Part shown: one piece after another, positions 1-11,000 of the stretch
How the letters are laid out: the number at the start of each line of letters is the position of its first letter
Numbering within the stretch: the first letter of the stretch is position 1
NCBI RefSeq assembly: GCF_000010065.1
Contig: NC_006576.1
Span: 240,001 to 272,000, forward strand
Origin: Synechococcus elongatus PCC 6301
Lineage (GTDB): Bacteria > Cyanobacteriota > Cyanobacteriia > Synechococcales > Synechococcaceae
Reading direction: 5' to 3'
Length of the DNA: 32,000 bases
Position numbers and translations under genes: made by a program
The notes under the pieces: model-generated
What the model was told of the DNA's origin: nothing
What the model saw: only the letters and a program-made list of their open reading frames with translations
Database searches by the model: none

Positions 1-1
1 T

Positions 2-781
2 GCCCTGCGCTGTGCTGGGTTCAATCAGGTCGATTTAAGCGCCGCTGAACGCTTGGGCCTCAGGGTAGTGCGTGTACCGGCCTACTCGCCCCACGCCGTT
101 GCAGAACATGCGATCGCGTTGATCCTGACGCTCAATCGCAAAATCCATCGCGCCTACGCCCGCACCCGCGAAGGCAACTTTGCCCTGGATGGTTTGGTGG
201 GCTTTGACCTGAATGGTTGCACCGTTGGCATCATTGGCACGGGACGAATTGGGGCTGTGCTGACGCAAATTCTGCGCGGCTTTGGCTGTCATGTTCTCGC
301 CCATGACTTGGTGGAAAATCCCGACTGTCTGGCAGCGGGGGCTGTCTACACCGACCTTGATCAGCTCTGGCAAGAGGCTCAAATCATCAGCCTGCACTGC
401 CCGCTTACACCCCAGACCTATCACCTAGTCAATCGTGAGGCGATCGCCAAAATGCAGCCCGGCACAATGCTGATCAACACCAGTCGTGGCGGTTTAGTCG
501 ATACCCAAGCGGTGATTGAAGGCCTAAAACTCAAGCGGATCGGGGCGCTGGGCCTAGATGTCTACGAACAAGAAGAACCGCTATTTTTCCAAGACCACTC
601 GACAGAAATCATTCACGATGACGTCTTTCAGCGCTTGTTAACCTTCCCCAATGTCGTGATCACGGGTCATCAAGCCTTTTTGACGGATACGGCTCTCCAC
701 AACATTGCCGAAACCACTCTCAGCAATCTGACCGATTTAGAGCAGGGTCGAGCCTGTCCCAATCAGCTGTTCGCTGGGTGA
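2..781 (+). CDS. D-2-hydroxyacid dehydrogenase (D-lactate dehydrogenase-like), 5' truncated by window edge
   Basis: The frame is open from base 2 ([36 protein letters not shown]). It contains the NAD-binding motif [10 protein letters not shown], then [11 protein letters not shown] and DVYEQE, and [14 protein letters not shown], all typical of this family. The track's start at 53 is internal. Confidence 0.93.
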   Translation, partial: ALRCAGFNQVDLSAAERLGLRVVRVPAYSPHAVAEHAIALILTLNRKIHRAYARTREGNFALDGLVGFDLNGCTVGIIGTGRIGAVLTQILRGFGCHVLAHDLVENPDCLAAGAVYTDLDQLWQEAQIISLHCPLTPQTYHLVNREAIAKMQPGTMLINTSRGGLVDTQAVIEGLKLKRIGALGLDVYEQEEPLFFQDHSTEIIHDDVFQRLLTFPNVVITGHQAFLTDTALHNIAETTLSNLTDLEQGRACPNQLFAG

Positions 782-788
782 CGCTACT

Positions 789-819
789 AAAAAGCTGCCT
801 TGCGGAAACCGAAGGCAGC
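789..819 (-). terminator. Rho-independent-like terminator for the ndhA-I-G-E operon, between convergent genes
   Basis: + strand: AAAAA GCTGCCTT-G-CGG AAA CCG AAGGCAGC. The stem is about 11 bp with one bulged G. Read on the minus strand it is followed by TTTTTAG. Confidence 0.8.
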
Positions 820-874
820 CATTGCTTGCAAGATTCAAGATTTAGTCAAGCTCAGACGCAGATAGGGCGATCGC

Positions 875-1186
875 CTACCATTTCAAAAGATTGAACTGTT
901 CCATATCCACCGTGTTGCGGTTGCGGTAAATCGCTAGCAAGATCGCGAGACCAACCGCCGCTTCTGCCGCTGCTACCGTAATCACAAAAACCGTAAAGAC
1001 TTGGCCGCGAATCAATGTGCCATCCAGATAGTTGGAGAAGGCCATCAGGTTGAGGTTGACGGCATTCAGCATCAATTCGATCGACATCAAGACGCGAACG
1101 GCGTTGCGGCTGGTCACCAACCCATAGACACCAATACAGAACAGGGCGGCAGCCAAGACCAAAAAGTACTCGAGAGGTACAGTCAT
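875..1186 (-). CDS. ndhE: NAD(P)H-quinone oxidoreductase subunit 4L
   Basis: 103 aa: [50 protein letters not shown], the NdhE/NuoK signature; last gene of the ndhA-I-G-E order. Confidence 0.97.
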   Translation of the reverse strand: MTVPLEYFLVLAAALFCIGVYGLVTSRNAVRVLMSIELMLNAVNLNLMAFSNYLDGTLIRGQVFTVFVITVAAAEAAVGLAILLAIYRNRNTVDMEQFNLLKW

Positions 1187-1204
1187 GGGATTGTTCCTTA
1201 TCGC

Positions 1205-1810
1205 TTATTTCTTGCCAGCACCTGTCAGCAACTCTTCCCGCGATCGCTCGGGTAGCTGCAAATCTGCGGCCGCACCCGTGATCAGGTCTTCAGGTTCGAA
1301 GTCGCGGCGGGCCAAGACGATCGCCCCAATCATCGCCATCAACAGCAACACCGAAGCCAACTCAAAGGGCAGCAGGTAGTCGCTGAAGAAGTGTTCACCG
1401 ATCAGGTAAATCGCTTCATCGCCACTGGCACCAGGGGTTGGCGTCACCGCCCAAGGGGTCGAAATTACAGTCAGGCTCAGGAGGGCAAAGAGACCGCCAC
1501 AAACCAGAACCGTCAGCCCTTTGCGCAGCCAATTAAACTTGAGTGGTCGGAAGTCTTCCCGTTTGTTGACCAACATGATCGCAAACAGGATTAAGACGTT
1601 GACAGCGCCAACATAAATCAGCACTTGGGCAAAGGCCACAAAGCTGGCATTCAGCAGCAGGTAGAGACCAGCGATGCTGATGAATGCGCCTCCCAGCAAA
1701 AAGGCCGAGTAGACAATGTTGCTGCTGAGTACAACACCTAGGGCTGCCAAAACCACCCCAGCCGTCAGGATGATGAATGTAACTAGTTGAACGCCTTCGG
1801 CAAGAGTCAC
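1205..1810 (-). CDS. ndhG: NAD(P)H-quinone oxidoreductase subunit 6
   Basis: 201 aa membrane protein, NdhG/NuoJ-like (VLIYVGAVNVLILFAIMLVNKRED), in the expected operon position. Confidence 0.96.
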   Translation of the reverse strand: MTLAEGVQLVTFIILTAGVVLAALGVVLSSNIVYSAFLLGGAFISIAGLYLLLNASFVAFAQVLIYVGAVNVLILFAIMLVNKREDFRPLKFNWLRKGLTVLVCGGLFALLSLTVISTPWAVTPTPGASGDEAIYLIGEHFFSDYLLPFELASVLLLMAMIGAIVLARRDFEPEDLITGAAADLQLPERSREELLTGAGKK

Positions 1811-1813
1811 GGT

Positions 1814-2422
1814 CTAGTTCTCCTCGTTAGCGGCAGCAGCCTGCTTGTACTGATCGACGAGTTCTTCGGGACGCTGGCCCGCCCGGGGGCGATCGCTCGG
1901 CACCACGTGGGGGTCATACTCGCCTTTGGGCAAGTAAGCGAACTCTCGGAAGGGCGTCACCATTGGATCATCGGTCACTTTGTAGGGCAGACGACCGAGG
2001 GCAACATTGTCGTAGTTCAGCTCGTGGCGATCGTAGGTTGCCAGCTCATATTCTTCCGTCATCGACAGGCAGTTGGTCGGGCAGTACTCGACGCAGTTGC
2101 CGCAGAAAATACAAGCCCCAAAGTCGATGCTGTAGTTCTTGAGGTCTTTCTTCTTGGTCTCTTTGTTGTAGACCCAGTCCACTACCGGCAGGTTGATCGG
2201 GCAGACTCGAACGCAGACTTCGCAGGCGATGCACTTGTCGAATTCGTAGTGAATGCGGCCGCGGTAGCGCTCCGACGGAATCAGCTTTTCGTAGGGATAC
2301 TGCACCGTGACTGGACGCCGCTGCATGTGGTCAAAGGTAACCCCCAAACCTTGGCCGATCGCTTTAGCAGCTTGGAGACTTTCCTTGGCGTAGTCTCCGA
2401 CTTGCTTCAGAAATTTCAGCAT
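1814..2422 (-). CDS. ndhI: NAD(P)H-quinone oxidoreductase subunit I, two 4Fe-4S clusters
   Basis: Two ferredoxin-type motifs: [12 protein letters not shown] and [12 protein letters not shown]. Confidence 0.98.
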   Translation of the reverse strand: MLKFLKQVGDYAKESLQAAKAIGQGLGVTFDHMQRRPVTVQYPYEKLIPSERYRGRIHYEFDKCIACEVCVRVCPINLPVVDWVYNKETKKKDLKNYSIDFGACIFCGNCVEYCPTNCLSMTEEYELATYDRHELNYDNVALGRLPYKVTDDPMVTPFREFAYLPKGEYDPHVVPSDRPRAGQRPEELVDQYKQAAAANEEN

Positions 2423-2464
2423 GATCGTGTTCCTTCAGAACTCTCAAGAAAAGACCGAGACGGA

Positions 2465-3583
2465 CTAGCCCCCAAAGGCCACGGGGAAGGTCAGTTTCAG
2501 CGCCGCCGTCACCAGCAAGTTGACCAATGAGATCGGCAATAGGAACTTCCAGCCCAAGTCCAGCAGTTGGTCAATCCGCACCCGGGGCACCGTCCAGCGC
2601 AGCAGAATCGCCGTGAACACCAGCAGATAAGCCTTGAGGACCGTCATCGTGATCCCCAGCGCTGCCGTTGTGATCTGCAGAATCGGGTTGGCAGGGTCAA
2701 CACCGATCCAGTCAGCAACGCGATCGAGGGGAATCGGGAACTCCCAGCCACCCAAGTAGAGGATGGAAACGAGCAGGGCAGAGAGAATCAGGTTGACGTA
2801 GGAACCAACATAGAAGAGAGCGAACTTCATGCCGGCATATTCGGTTTGATAGCCCGCGACCAACTCTTCTTCTGCTTCCGGCAAGTCAAAGGGCAACCGC
2901 TCACATTCGGCCAGCGCTGCAATCCAGAAGATGATGAACCCCACCGGCTGTCGCCAGATGTTCCACCCCAAAATGCCGTAGCCCGACTGCTGGTCAACGA
3001 TGTCGATCGTGCTCAGCGAGTTGGACATCATCACCACTGCCAGCACCGCCAGTGCTAGGGGAATCTCGTAGCTAATTGACTGCGCCGCAGCCCGCAAGCC
3101 ACCGAGGAGCGAATACTTGTTGTTCGAGGCGTAGCCCGACATCAACAGGCCAATCGGCTGGATGCTGGAGAGGGCAATCCAAAGGAAAACGCCAGCACCA
3201 ACATTGGTAATAATCAGTTCTTGCCCAAAGGGAACGATCAGATAGGACAAGAAGACAGGGATGACGACCAGCGCTGGGCCGATCGTGAACAAGAAGGCAT
3301 CCGCCTTAGCGGGGATGATGTCTTCTTTCAGAATTAATTTCAGACCGTCGGCAGCTGATTGCAGAACCCCCAGCGGGCCTGCATACTCAGGGCCAATCCG
3401 TTGCTGCACCGCCGCTGAAATTTTACGCTCCAGCCACACGGTCACGAGGACCCCTACCGTTGCCGCGATGATCATCAGCAGCATCGGCAAGGGCATCCAG
3501 AGAACCTTCGAGAGGCCTGGCGAGAGCCCTAAAGACTCAAGCGATTGAATGAATGTGCCTTGGAGGTCGATCCCTCTGTCCAT
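2465..3583 (-). CDS. ndhA: NAD(P)H-quinone oxidoreductase subunit 1
   Basis: The ORF 2465..3607 matches NdhA/NuoH ([46 protein letters not shown]). The likely start is [11 protein letters not shown] at 3583. Confidence 0.96.
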   Translation of the reverse strand: MDRGIDLQGTFIQSLESLGLSPGLSKVLWMPLPMLLMIIAATVGVLVTVWLERKISAAVQQRIGPEYAGPLGVLQSAADGLKLILKEDIIPAKADAFLFTIGPALVVIPVFLSYLIVPFGQELIITNVGAGVFLWIALSSIQPIGLLMSGYASNNKYSLLGGLRAAAQSISYEIPLALAVLAVVMMSNSLSTIDIVDQQSGYGILGWNIWRQPVGFIIFWIAALAECERLPFDLPEAEEELVAGYQTEYAGMKFALFYVGSYVNLILSALLVSILYLGGWEFPIPLDRVADWIGVDPANPILQITTAALGITMTVLKAYLLVFTAILLRWTVPRVRIDQLLDLGWKFLLPISLVNLLVTAALKLTFPVAFGG

Positions 3584-3797
3584 GGCTACTCCACTGCTGC
3601 CGATCATGGGTCACGAGTTGCTGTCAATCGCCGCTTTTGCAGGGAAAAACAGGCTTTTATGACTGTTGCTCAGTATATCGGTAGGCCGATCGCCCTCCCT
3701 GCAAAACTGAGCACTTTTGCTTAATTCCAAGATTGGAAGTTGCTATCCAGAAGATTCAAAAAACTGTTCATTCAAGCTGGGACGGTGCGATCAGACC

Positions 3798-4889
3798 TCA
3801 CTCGAAGTAGTCGAAGGCCTTGTACCCCGCTTGTTTGATCAGAGCATCGCGCTCCGCCAGATGCAAATCTTCGCGCATCATCTCGCTCACCAACTGTTCA
3901 AAACTGATGCGCGGCTCCCAGCCCAGCTGCCGCTTCGCCTTCGAGGGATCGCCCAGCAATGTTTCTACTTCAGTCGGACGGAAGTAACGGGGATCAATCG
4001 CCACGATCGCTTGTCCCGTGGCTGGGTTGATGCCCTTTTCCTCCACACCACTGCCCGACCACGCAATTGTCAGACCCACTTCCGCCGCCGCAATTTCCAC
4101 AAACTGACGCACGGAGAACTGTACGCCGGTGGCAATTACGTAGTCATCCGGTTGCTCCTGTTGCAGCATCAGCCACTGCATCTCGACATAGTCGCGGGCG
4201 TGACCCCAGTCCCGTTTGGCATCCAAGTTGCCGAGGTAGAGGCAGTCCTGCAGCCCCAGCTTGATCCGAGCAAGAGCACGGGTAATTTTGCGGGTGACAA
4301 AGGTTTCACCCCTCAGCGGTGACTCATGGTTGAAGAGAATGCCATTGCAGGCATAGATGCCGTAAGCTTCGCGGTAATTAACTGTGATCCAATAGGCGTA
4401 GAGCTTAGCAACAGCGTAGGGGCTGCGCGGGTAGAAAGGGGTCGTCTCAGTTTGGGGAATTTCTTGGACGAGGCCGTACAGCTCAGAGGTCGAGGCTTGG
4501 TAGAACCGTGTCTGCTGCTCTAGTCCGAGGATCCGAATCGCTTCGAGGATGCGCAGGGTGCCCAAGCCATCGGTGTTGGCAGTGTACTCAGGACTGTCAA
4601 AGGAGACTTGAACGTGGCTCTGGGCCCCGAGGTTGTAGATTTCGTGGGGCTGAATCTGCTGGACAATTCGAATGAGGTTGGTGGAATCGGTGAGATCGCC
4701 GCAGTGCAGAATAAAGCGCCGATCGTCGACATGGGGATCTTCGTAAAGATGATCAATGCGATCGGTGTTAAACAGTGAAGCGCGGCGTTTGATGCCGTGA
4801 ACTTCGTAGCCTTTGTCGAGAAGAAACTCTGCCAGATAAGCCCCATCTTGGCCAGTCACTCCGGTAATCAGGGCGCGCTTACGGGTCAT
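3798..4889 (-). CDS. gmd: GDP-mannose 4,6-dehydratase
   Basis: 363 aa: [45 protein letters not shown] and [10 protein letters not shown] are diagnostic of GMD. Confidence 0.95.
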   Translation of the reverse strand: MTRKRALITGVTGQDGAYLAEFLLDKGYEVHGIKRRASLFNTDRIDHLYEDPHVDDRRFILHCGDLTDSTNLIRIVQQIQPHEIYNLGAQSHVQVSFDSPEYTANTDGLGTLRILEAIRILGLEQQTRFYQASTSELYGLVQEIPQTETTPFYPRSPYAVAKLYAYWITVNYREAYGIYACNGILFNHESPLRGETFVTRKITRALARIKLGLQDCLYLGNLDAKRDWGHARDYVEMQWLMLQQEQPDDYVIATGVQFSVRQFVEIAAAEVGLTIAWSGSGVEEKGINPATGQAIVAIDPRYFRPTEVETLLGDPSKAKRQLGWEPRISFEQLVSEMMREDLHLAERDALIKQAGYKAFDYFE

Positions 4890-4958
4890 GGCAGAGCAAG
4901 GAAGGGAGAGACGGCTCGCTGTAATTTAGCAGCGATCGCGACGCTCTTCCTCAAACCT

Positions 4959-6044
4959 TCAGGGCAGTTCCACCCCAGAAGCGATGGGATCCTCGGTTGC
5001 TGCTGTCACAACCATTGGGGCAAACCCAGTTTTTAACCAATCACTCATTAGACTGGCGAGGGGTACGGCGACAAACAGGCCGAGAATGCCAAAAATTTTG
5101 AGCCCGAGCAGGACTGACAGCAAAATCCAAACGGGATTGAGGCCGATGATCTGACCCATCAAGCGTGGCTCGATCAGGTTGTCGTTGATCTGGCCCAGAA
5201 GGAACACTGTGATGAATAACTTGGCGGCGATCGCGGGATCCTGAAACAGTAAGACCCCGCAGAGGCTGATCACTAAGAGGATGTCGAGGAAGGGAATCAA
5301 GCTGCCGAGGCCGAGCACCAACCCCAACAGCAAAGCGAAGGGTATCTTGAGCAGGCTGAGGGCAACCAGCAGCAGCACGCTATAGAGACTGGCAATAATC
5401 AGCTCGCCGCCCAGAAAAGCCTGAAACTTTTGGCGGAGACCAATCGCAAGGCGATCGCGCCAAATCGCAGGCAAGCGTTGCAGCACTGTGCCGCTCACTT
5501 CTTCGCCATACATCAGTAGAAAGAGGGTGAGTACGACGGTGATCAGAAAGTTCAGTGCCCCGTCAAAAAATTCGAGGGTGAGGCTCAGAAGTTGGGTACT
5601 GAGGGTTTCCACCAGATCTGTCACTTCTGTCACCACCCGCTGAAACAGACTGACCCAATCCAGCGGCAGGTTGAAGGATAGGGTCCAAGCTTCGAATTGC
5701 AGCACCTCCAGTTTGGCGGTGTCGTACCAATGGGGTAGCGCCCGAGTCAGAACATTGACTTCGACTAATAGCGGCGGCAAGAGCCAAGTTGCGAGGGCGA
5801 TAATCAGCGCAATGCCTCCGCCCAAGACTGTCAACAGAGCGAGCGATCGCGGCAGGCCTCGTTGCACGAGCCAGCGCACGGGGAGATCCAGAATGAACGC
5901 CATCAGGGCAGCCACCAGAACCATATTGGTCAGGGGCTGCAGCCAGTCCAGCAGTAGTTGCAAAAGCCAGAAATTCAGGGCAAGCAATGGTGCGAGAAGC
6001 AACCACCGAATCACCGCTGGCCAAGTACGCCAATCCGCGAGCAT
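4959..6044 (-). CDS. AI-2E/PerM family transporter-like membrane protein
   Basis: 361 aa multi-pass membrane protein with LIPFLDILL and LNPVWILLSVLLGLKIFGILGLFVAVPLAS near the C-terminus. Confidence 0.88.
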   Translation of the reverse strand: MLADWRTWPAVIRWLLLAPLLALNFWLLQLLLDWLQPLTNMVLVAALMAFILDLPVRWLVQRGLPRSLALLTVLGGGIALIIALATWLLPPLLVEVNVLTRALPHWYDTAKLEVLQFEAWTLSFNLPLDWVSLFQRVVTEVTDLVETLSTQLLSLTLEFFDGALNFLITVVLTLFLLMYGEEVSGTVLQRLPAIWRDRLAIGLRQKFQAFLGGELIIASLYSVLLLVALSLLKIPFALLLGLVLGLGSLIPFLDILLVISLCGVLLFQDPAIAAKLFITVFLLGQINDNLIEPRLMGQIIGLNPVWILLSVLLGLKIFGILGLFVAVPLASLMSDWLKTGFAPMVVTAATEDPIASGVELP

Positions 6045-6160
6045 GCCAGTTCAGGAAACAATGGGCCGATTTTAGCGATCGCTTGGCACGACTTTACTAG
6101 GGCCTTCCGCCGAATCGCGATCGCTTCGTTAAGATTGAGCAAGCCACTGATACTAGACCT

Positions 6161-6739
6161 ATGACCGCTGCTGTCGCCATTCGGGTTGCCAAAAAGAAAC
6201 TGGCGAAGCCTCCTCTCGATCTCCACTACCTCGGCGATCGGGTGCTGCGACAGCCCGCCAAACGGGTCAGCCGGATTGACGATGAATTGCGGCAAACGAT
6301 TCGGCAGATGTTGCAAACCATGTACAGCGCTGATGGCATTGGTTTGGCAGCCCCCCAAGTGGGCATCAATAAGCAATTGATTGTGATTGACCTCGAACTC
6401 GAGGATGAACAAGCACCACCCCTCGTCTTGATCAATCCCAAAATTGAACGCACTGCTGGTGATCTGGAGCAATGCCAAGAAGGCTGTCTGAGCATCCCCG
6501 GCGTCTATCTGGATGTAGAACGACCCGAGATCGTTGAAGTCTCCTACAAGGATGAGAACGGCCGGCCGCAGCGACTCGTTGCCGATGGTCTCCTTGCTCG
6601 CTGCATTCAGCACGAGATGGATCACCTCAACGGTGTGCTCTTTGTCGATCGCGTTGAAAATCGCCTTGAGCTGAACGAAGCCCTCGACAAAAAAGGCTTT
6701 GCAGTCCAAGCGGTTCGCCCTGTCGCCGCTGCCAGCTAA
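6161..6739 (+). CDS. def: Peptide deformylase
   Basis: Motifs GIGLAAPQVG, EGCLSIPG and QHEMDHLNG. Confidence 0.97.
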   Translation: MTAAVAIRVAKKKLAKPPLDLHYLGDRVLRQPAKRVSRIDDELRQTIRQMLQTMYSADGIGLAAPQVGINKQLIVIDLELEDEQAPPLVLINPKIERTAGDLEQCQEGCLSIPGVYLDVERPEIVEVSYKDENGRPQRLVADGLLARCIQHEMDHLNGVLFVDRVENRLELNEALDKKGFAVQAVRPVAAAS

Positions 6740-6826
6740 GTCGACCCTGCATCGGGCACTAGGGCTAGATGTCTGGGGGCTAGCCTGCTATTCTGCAAGC
6801 GCAAATTCCTAGCGCGGCTGCGATCG

Positions 6827-7021
6827 ATGGTTGGTACTCCCAAAAGCTCTCTCTTTCTAGGGTTGTCCTGTATTGCCGCGATCGCGGCGGTTGGTTCTGT
6901 CTTTGAACTGACCTCGGGCACCCCTCAGCTCGGCACGTTAGTGACTGGTGGCATTCTGGGGCTCAGTATCCCAGTGGCAATCGGTTCCTTTCTGGCGGCT
7001 GTGCGTGCTGCTCAGTCTTAA
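6827..7021 (+). CDS. Small two-helix membrane protein, hypothetical
   Basis: 64 aa with two hydrophobic segments and no strong competing ORF; called mainly from coding appearance. Confidence 0.6.
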   Translation: MVGTPKSSLFLGLSCIAAIAAVGSVFELTSGTPQLGTLVTGGILGLSIPVAIGSFLAAVRAAQS

Positions 7022-7154
7022 GCCAATCCCGCAGCGGACAGTTCTTCAACTGGTTGCGGAACTGACTTAAGTTTTCCCCGTCCCTGTGGCCATTGAATGG
7101 CAATTAATGCCTGAATTTCTCTGTCGTCCCGTGCTTGTGCAAATCGAGGCATCC

Positions 7155-7937
7155 ATGCGAATCCCCTTCTTTCTGCCCCTAGCGGCGCTGGCCGGTACCC
7201 TTCTGACGAGTTTGACCCCTCTTACGCCGCAGGCACGGGCGGCTCAGTTCGGGCAAGCTGAGGTCGATCAGAGTAAATTTGTCTTAGCTGCTTCACCGAT
7301 CGGCAACGGTAGTCGCCATCAGTTACTGATCATTGAACAGGTCAAAAGCACCCGTCCTTGCTGGGTGGAAGAGGCAGGTACCCCAACACGTATCAATCCG
7401 CTGTTGTTGACCTTCGACTTCTCTGGCATTTGCGATCGCAAGATCGACAGCAATGGCTACTCCCTGCGAATTGCTGGAGTAGATCTCGGTTTAAACTACC
7501 GCCTCAGCATTGTTCGCCGTAATGGCCAAATGGTGTTGGTTGGTCAAGCCTTTCGCAGTGGTCCTGAGCTGGTGATTGCGACGGCCAATGGGGAATCTGC
7601 CGGCTTTACTAAGCTGGAACTGCAACCGGGCTGGCGCTTGGGTCGTCGGACTTTTGATGGCAAAGCCTTGGGTCATATCTATTTAGTGACCGATCAGATC
7701 CCGCCCGGCATGGCCCTACAAGGTGCTCAGACCAGTCCGAGTGCTGCGGTGGTTCCTCCAGCTAACGTGACCACACCGGTTAAACCAGCCCCTGCACCTG
7801 CTTCATTGCAACAACCAGTGCCTCCCCGGCCGCTCCCTAGTGCAAGTCAAGCCCCTGCCCCCACGCTCCGGCCTCTGACTCCCCCGCGGCTAACCCCGCT
7901 GCGTCCCTTGCGCCCGTTGACCCCAACCCAGCCGTAA
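7155..7937 (+). CDS. Predicted exported protein (DUF3747-like) with a proline-rich C-terminal tail
   Basis: The track ORF begins at GTG 7086, but a typical signal peptide starts at ATG 7155 (MRIPFFLPLAALAGTLLTSLTPLTPQARA). The C-terminus is Pro-rich (TPVKPAPAPASLQQPVPPRPLPS...PLTPTQP). The family name is a recollection, not searched. Confidence 0.7.
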   Translation: MRIPFFLPLAALAGTLLTSLTPLTPQARAAQFGQAEVDQSKFVLAASPIGNGSRHQLLIIEQVKSTRPCWVEEAGTPTRINPLLLTFDFSGICDRKIDSNGYSLRIAGVDLGLNYRLSIVRRNGQMVLVGQAFRSGPELVIATANGESAGFTKLELQPGWRLGRRTFDGKALGHIYLVTDQIPPGMALQGAQTSPSAAVVPPANVTTPVKPAPAPASLQQPVPPRPLPSASQAPAPTLRPLTPPRLTPLRPLRPLTPTQP

Positions 7938-7988
7938 CTGACTCAGGTTGAGCTGATCTGCGATCGCCCTGCAACCCATCCTGCTTTC

Positions 7989-8024
7989 AACCGTTCAAGC
8001 CCAAGCGATCGGGCTTGAACGGTT
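7989..8024 (+). terminator. Hairpin terminator downstream of the 7155-7937 gene
   Basis: Perfect 14-bp inverted repeat AACCGTTCAAGCCC - AAGCGATC - GGGCTTGAACGGTT, followed by ACTCTTTTTC. Confidence 0.82.
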
Positions 8025-8084
8025 ACTCTTTTTCAGCAGGTTGACGGACAACTTCCATTCGGTTCCAGCAGGCTACTTTCCAAC

Positions 8085-11000
8085 CTAAATGATGATGTTT
8101 TCACCAATGACGAGGGCAGAAGAAGAGACACCAAGCAGGGTCACTAGGGAGACAAAGTCGGGCACTCCACCGAGTCCCGCTACATTGACAGAGACCGTCG
8201 TGCCCAAGAAAGACTGACTGTTCAAGCGCAGGACCTGATCCGCAACAGGATTAGAGCCTTGATAGCCCAGACTATCCAACAACCCGCTTAGATCCAGAAC
8301 ATCCTGCTTGGCATTAAAGTCGATGATTAAGTCGCGAGCCTCAGTAACAGCGGTGTAGACAAAGCGGTCCTTGCCGGCTCCACCAGAAAGGACGTCAGAG
8401 CCGAGTCCGCCAATCAAGGTGTCATTACCAGCCCTGCCAAACAGGAAGTCATTCCCCCCGAGCCCCGTAATCAAGTCATCTCCCTTGCTGCCTCGGAGGA
8501 AGTCGAGTCTGGGGGTTCCAGTGATTGTATTGACTTCATTCTTGAAGCTCAGCGTGGTAGTGACTACCGCACTGGTGTTGGCAAAATCTGCTCCATCGTC
8601 GAGGACAAACTCAATCGTGCGACGGCTTACATCCAGATCGGCTGCATTAGAGGTGTTGGTATAGGTGACGGTGCGCAGGACTTTCTCATAATCCGCCACA
8701 GTAGCCAGACCCACGAGCAGCAGCACCCCGGTATTGCTGTCATAGCTGGCCTTAATTGCAGTGCCATCCGTGATTGCACTCAAACTTTCAGCAATGCCAT
8801 CGGGCCGGTTGACCAAGGTCACGGTCGCTGCGGCGAGGGTTGGAGAGTTGAGATCGGTAATGGTGAGTCCTGAACCCACAACTGAGACTGGCGTACCAGT
8901 AAAGACAGCGCCAAAGTTCAGCTCTGGTGATGTGGTGCCATCCAAATCAAGCACCGGTGCTGCGTTGCCAAACACCACATAGCTCTGACCAGATTGACTA
9001 CCATTGGGGTCGGCAGTTGGAGCACCAATGAGCAGATCATCGATACCATCGCCATTCACATCCCCCGCACCACTCACCGAAGAGCCGAAACCGTCGCCTG
9101 CAGTAATGCCATTGATGGCAAAACCATTGACGCCATTCAAGTCAGAGAGATTCAGCTCAGCTGCAAAGCCCCCCTTCTTGCCAAAGACTACATAGCTCTG
9201 ACCAGAAAAGTTGCCATTTGGGTCTGCATTAGATGCCCCAATGATCAGGTCATCAATCCCATCACCGTTCACATCCCCTGCACCACTCACTGAACGGCCA
9301 GATTCGTCGCCTGCAGTAATGCCATTGATGGCAAAACCATTGCGACCATTGAGCGCGGAAAGATTCAGGTCAGCACTGAAGCCCTGATCTGAGCCAAAGA
9401 CCACATAAGTCTGGCCAGCGTTAGTAGCGTTAGTATTGCTATGGGGAGAGGCACCAAGAGCCCCAATAATTAGGTCATTAATTCCATCACCGTTCACATC
9501 CCCAGCACCACTCACCGAAAAGCCGGATTGATCATTTACAGCAATGCCATTAATGCGGAAGCCATTGCTGCCATCTAAATCAGCGAGATTGAGCTCAGTA
9601 TCAAAGTCATCTGTCTTGCCGAAGACTACATAGCTCTGACCAGAATAATTGCCATTGGGGTCGGCAAGAAACGCTCCAATGATCAGGTCATCAATCCCAT
9701 CACCATTCACATCCCCAGCACCACTCACCGAAAAGCCGGATTGATCATTTACAGCAATGCCATTAATGCGGAAGCCATTTGTGCCATTCAAATCCGCAAG
9801 ATTTAGGTCAGCACTAAAGCCCTGATCTGAACCAAAGACAACATAGCTCTGGCCAGAACGAGCTCCATTTGGGTCGGCAAGAGACGCTCCAATGATCAGG
9901 TCATCAATCCCATCCCCGTTCACATCTCCAGCACTACTCACCGAAAAGCCGGAGAAGTCATCCGCAGCAATGCCATTGATGGCAAAGCCATTACTCCCAT
10001 CCAGACTCGAGAGATTTAGGTCAGCACTAAAGCCCTGATCTGAACCAAAGACGACATAGCTCTGACCAGAAAGATTCCCATTGGGGTCGGCACCAAAAGC
10101 TCCAATGATCAGGTCATCAACGCCATCACCGTTCACATCCCCGGCACCGCTCACTGAACGCCCAGAGTAGTCATACGCAGCAATACCATTGATGGCAAAG
10201 CCATTACTCCCATCCAGACTCGAGAGATTTAGGTCAGCACTAAAGCCCTGATCTGAGCCAAAGACCACATAGCTCTGACCAGCACTATTAGTGCCATTTG
10301 GGTCGGCATCGCGTGCCCCAATGATCAGGTCATCAATCCCGTCCCCATTCACATCCCCAGCATTACTGACCGAACTGCCGGAGAAGTCATTCGCTGCAAT
10401 GCCAGTGATGCGGAAGCCATTACCGCCATCCAGACTGGAGAGACTGACGCTTGCCTTATCCGCCAAGGGGAGCCTTAGAACCGTCACGCTGGTGGTGACT
10501 ACTGCACTAGTGTTGGCAAAGTCTGCTCCATCGTCGAGGACAAACCCAATCGTGCGATGGCTCACATCCAGATCAGCCGCATTCGAGGTGTTGGTATAGG
10601 TGACGCTACGCAGGACTTGCTGATAGTCCTCTACTGAGGCTAGACCTGAGAGCAACAGCACCCCGGTATTGCTGTCATAAGTCGCTGTAATTGAAGTACC
10701 TGTGGTTGTGGCACTCAAGCTTTCAGCAATGCCATCCGGTCGGTTGACCAAGGTTACGGTCGCTGCGGAGAGTGTCGGGGAGTTTAGATCAGTGATGGTG
10801 AGCCCTGAACCCACGACTGAGACTGATGTACCGGTGAAGACAGCGCCAAAGTTTAGTTCTGCTGATGCAGCGCCATCCAAATCAAGCACCGGAGCAGCGT
10901 TGCCAAAGACCACATAGCTCTGGCCGGCATTGGTATTGCCATTGGGGTCGGCATAGTTAGCTCCAATGAGGAGGTCATCAACCCCATCCCCATTCACATC

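Noticed and set aside
1787-2530. 247-aa plus-strand ORF across ndhI and the end of ndhA
   Set aside because: Antisense to clear ndhI/ndhA coding sequence; low-complexity His/Gln/Val composition; no recognisable motif.
3717-4322. 201-aa plus-strand ORF overlapping gmd
   Set aside because: Antisense to gmd, with no motif of its own.
8371-10917. Several plus-strand ORFs of 63-102 aa over the FG-GAP/RTX gene
   Set aside because: They recur as near-identical copies only because the opposite-strand gene is repetitive; compositions are non-protein-like.
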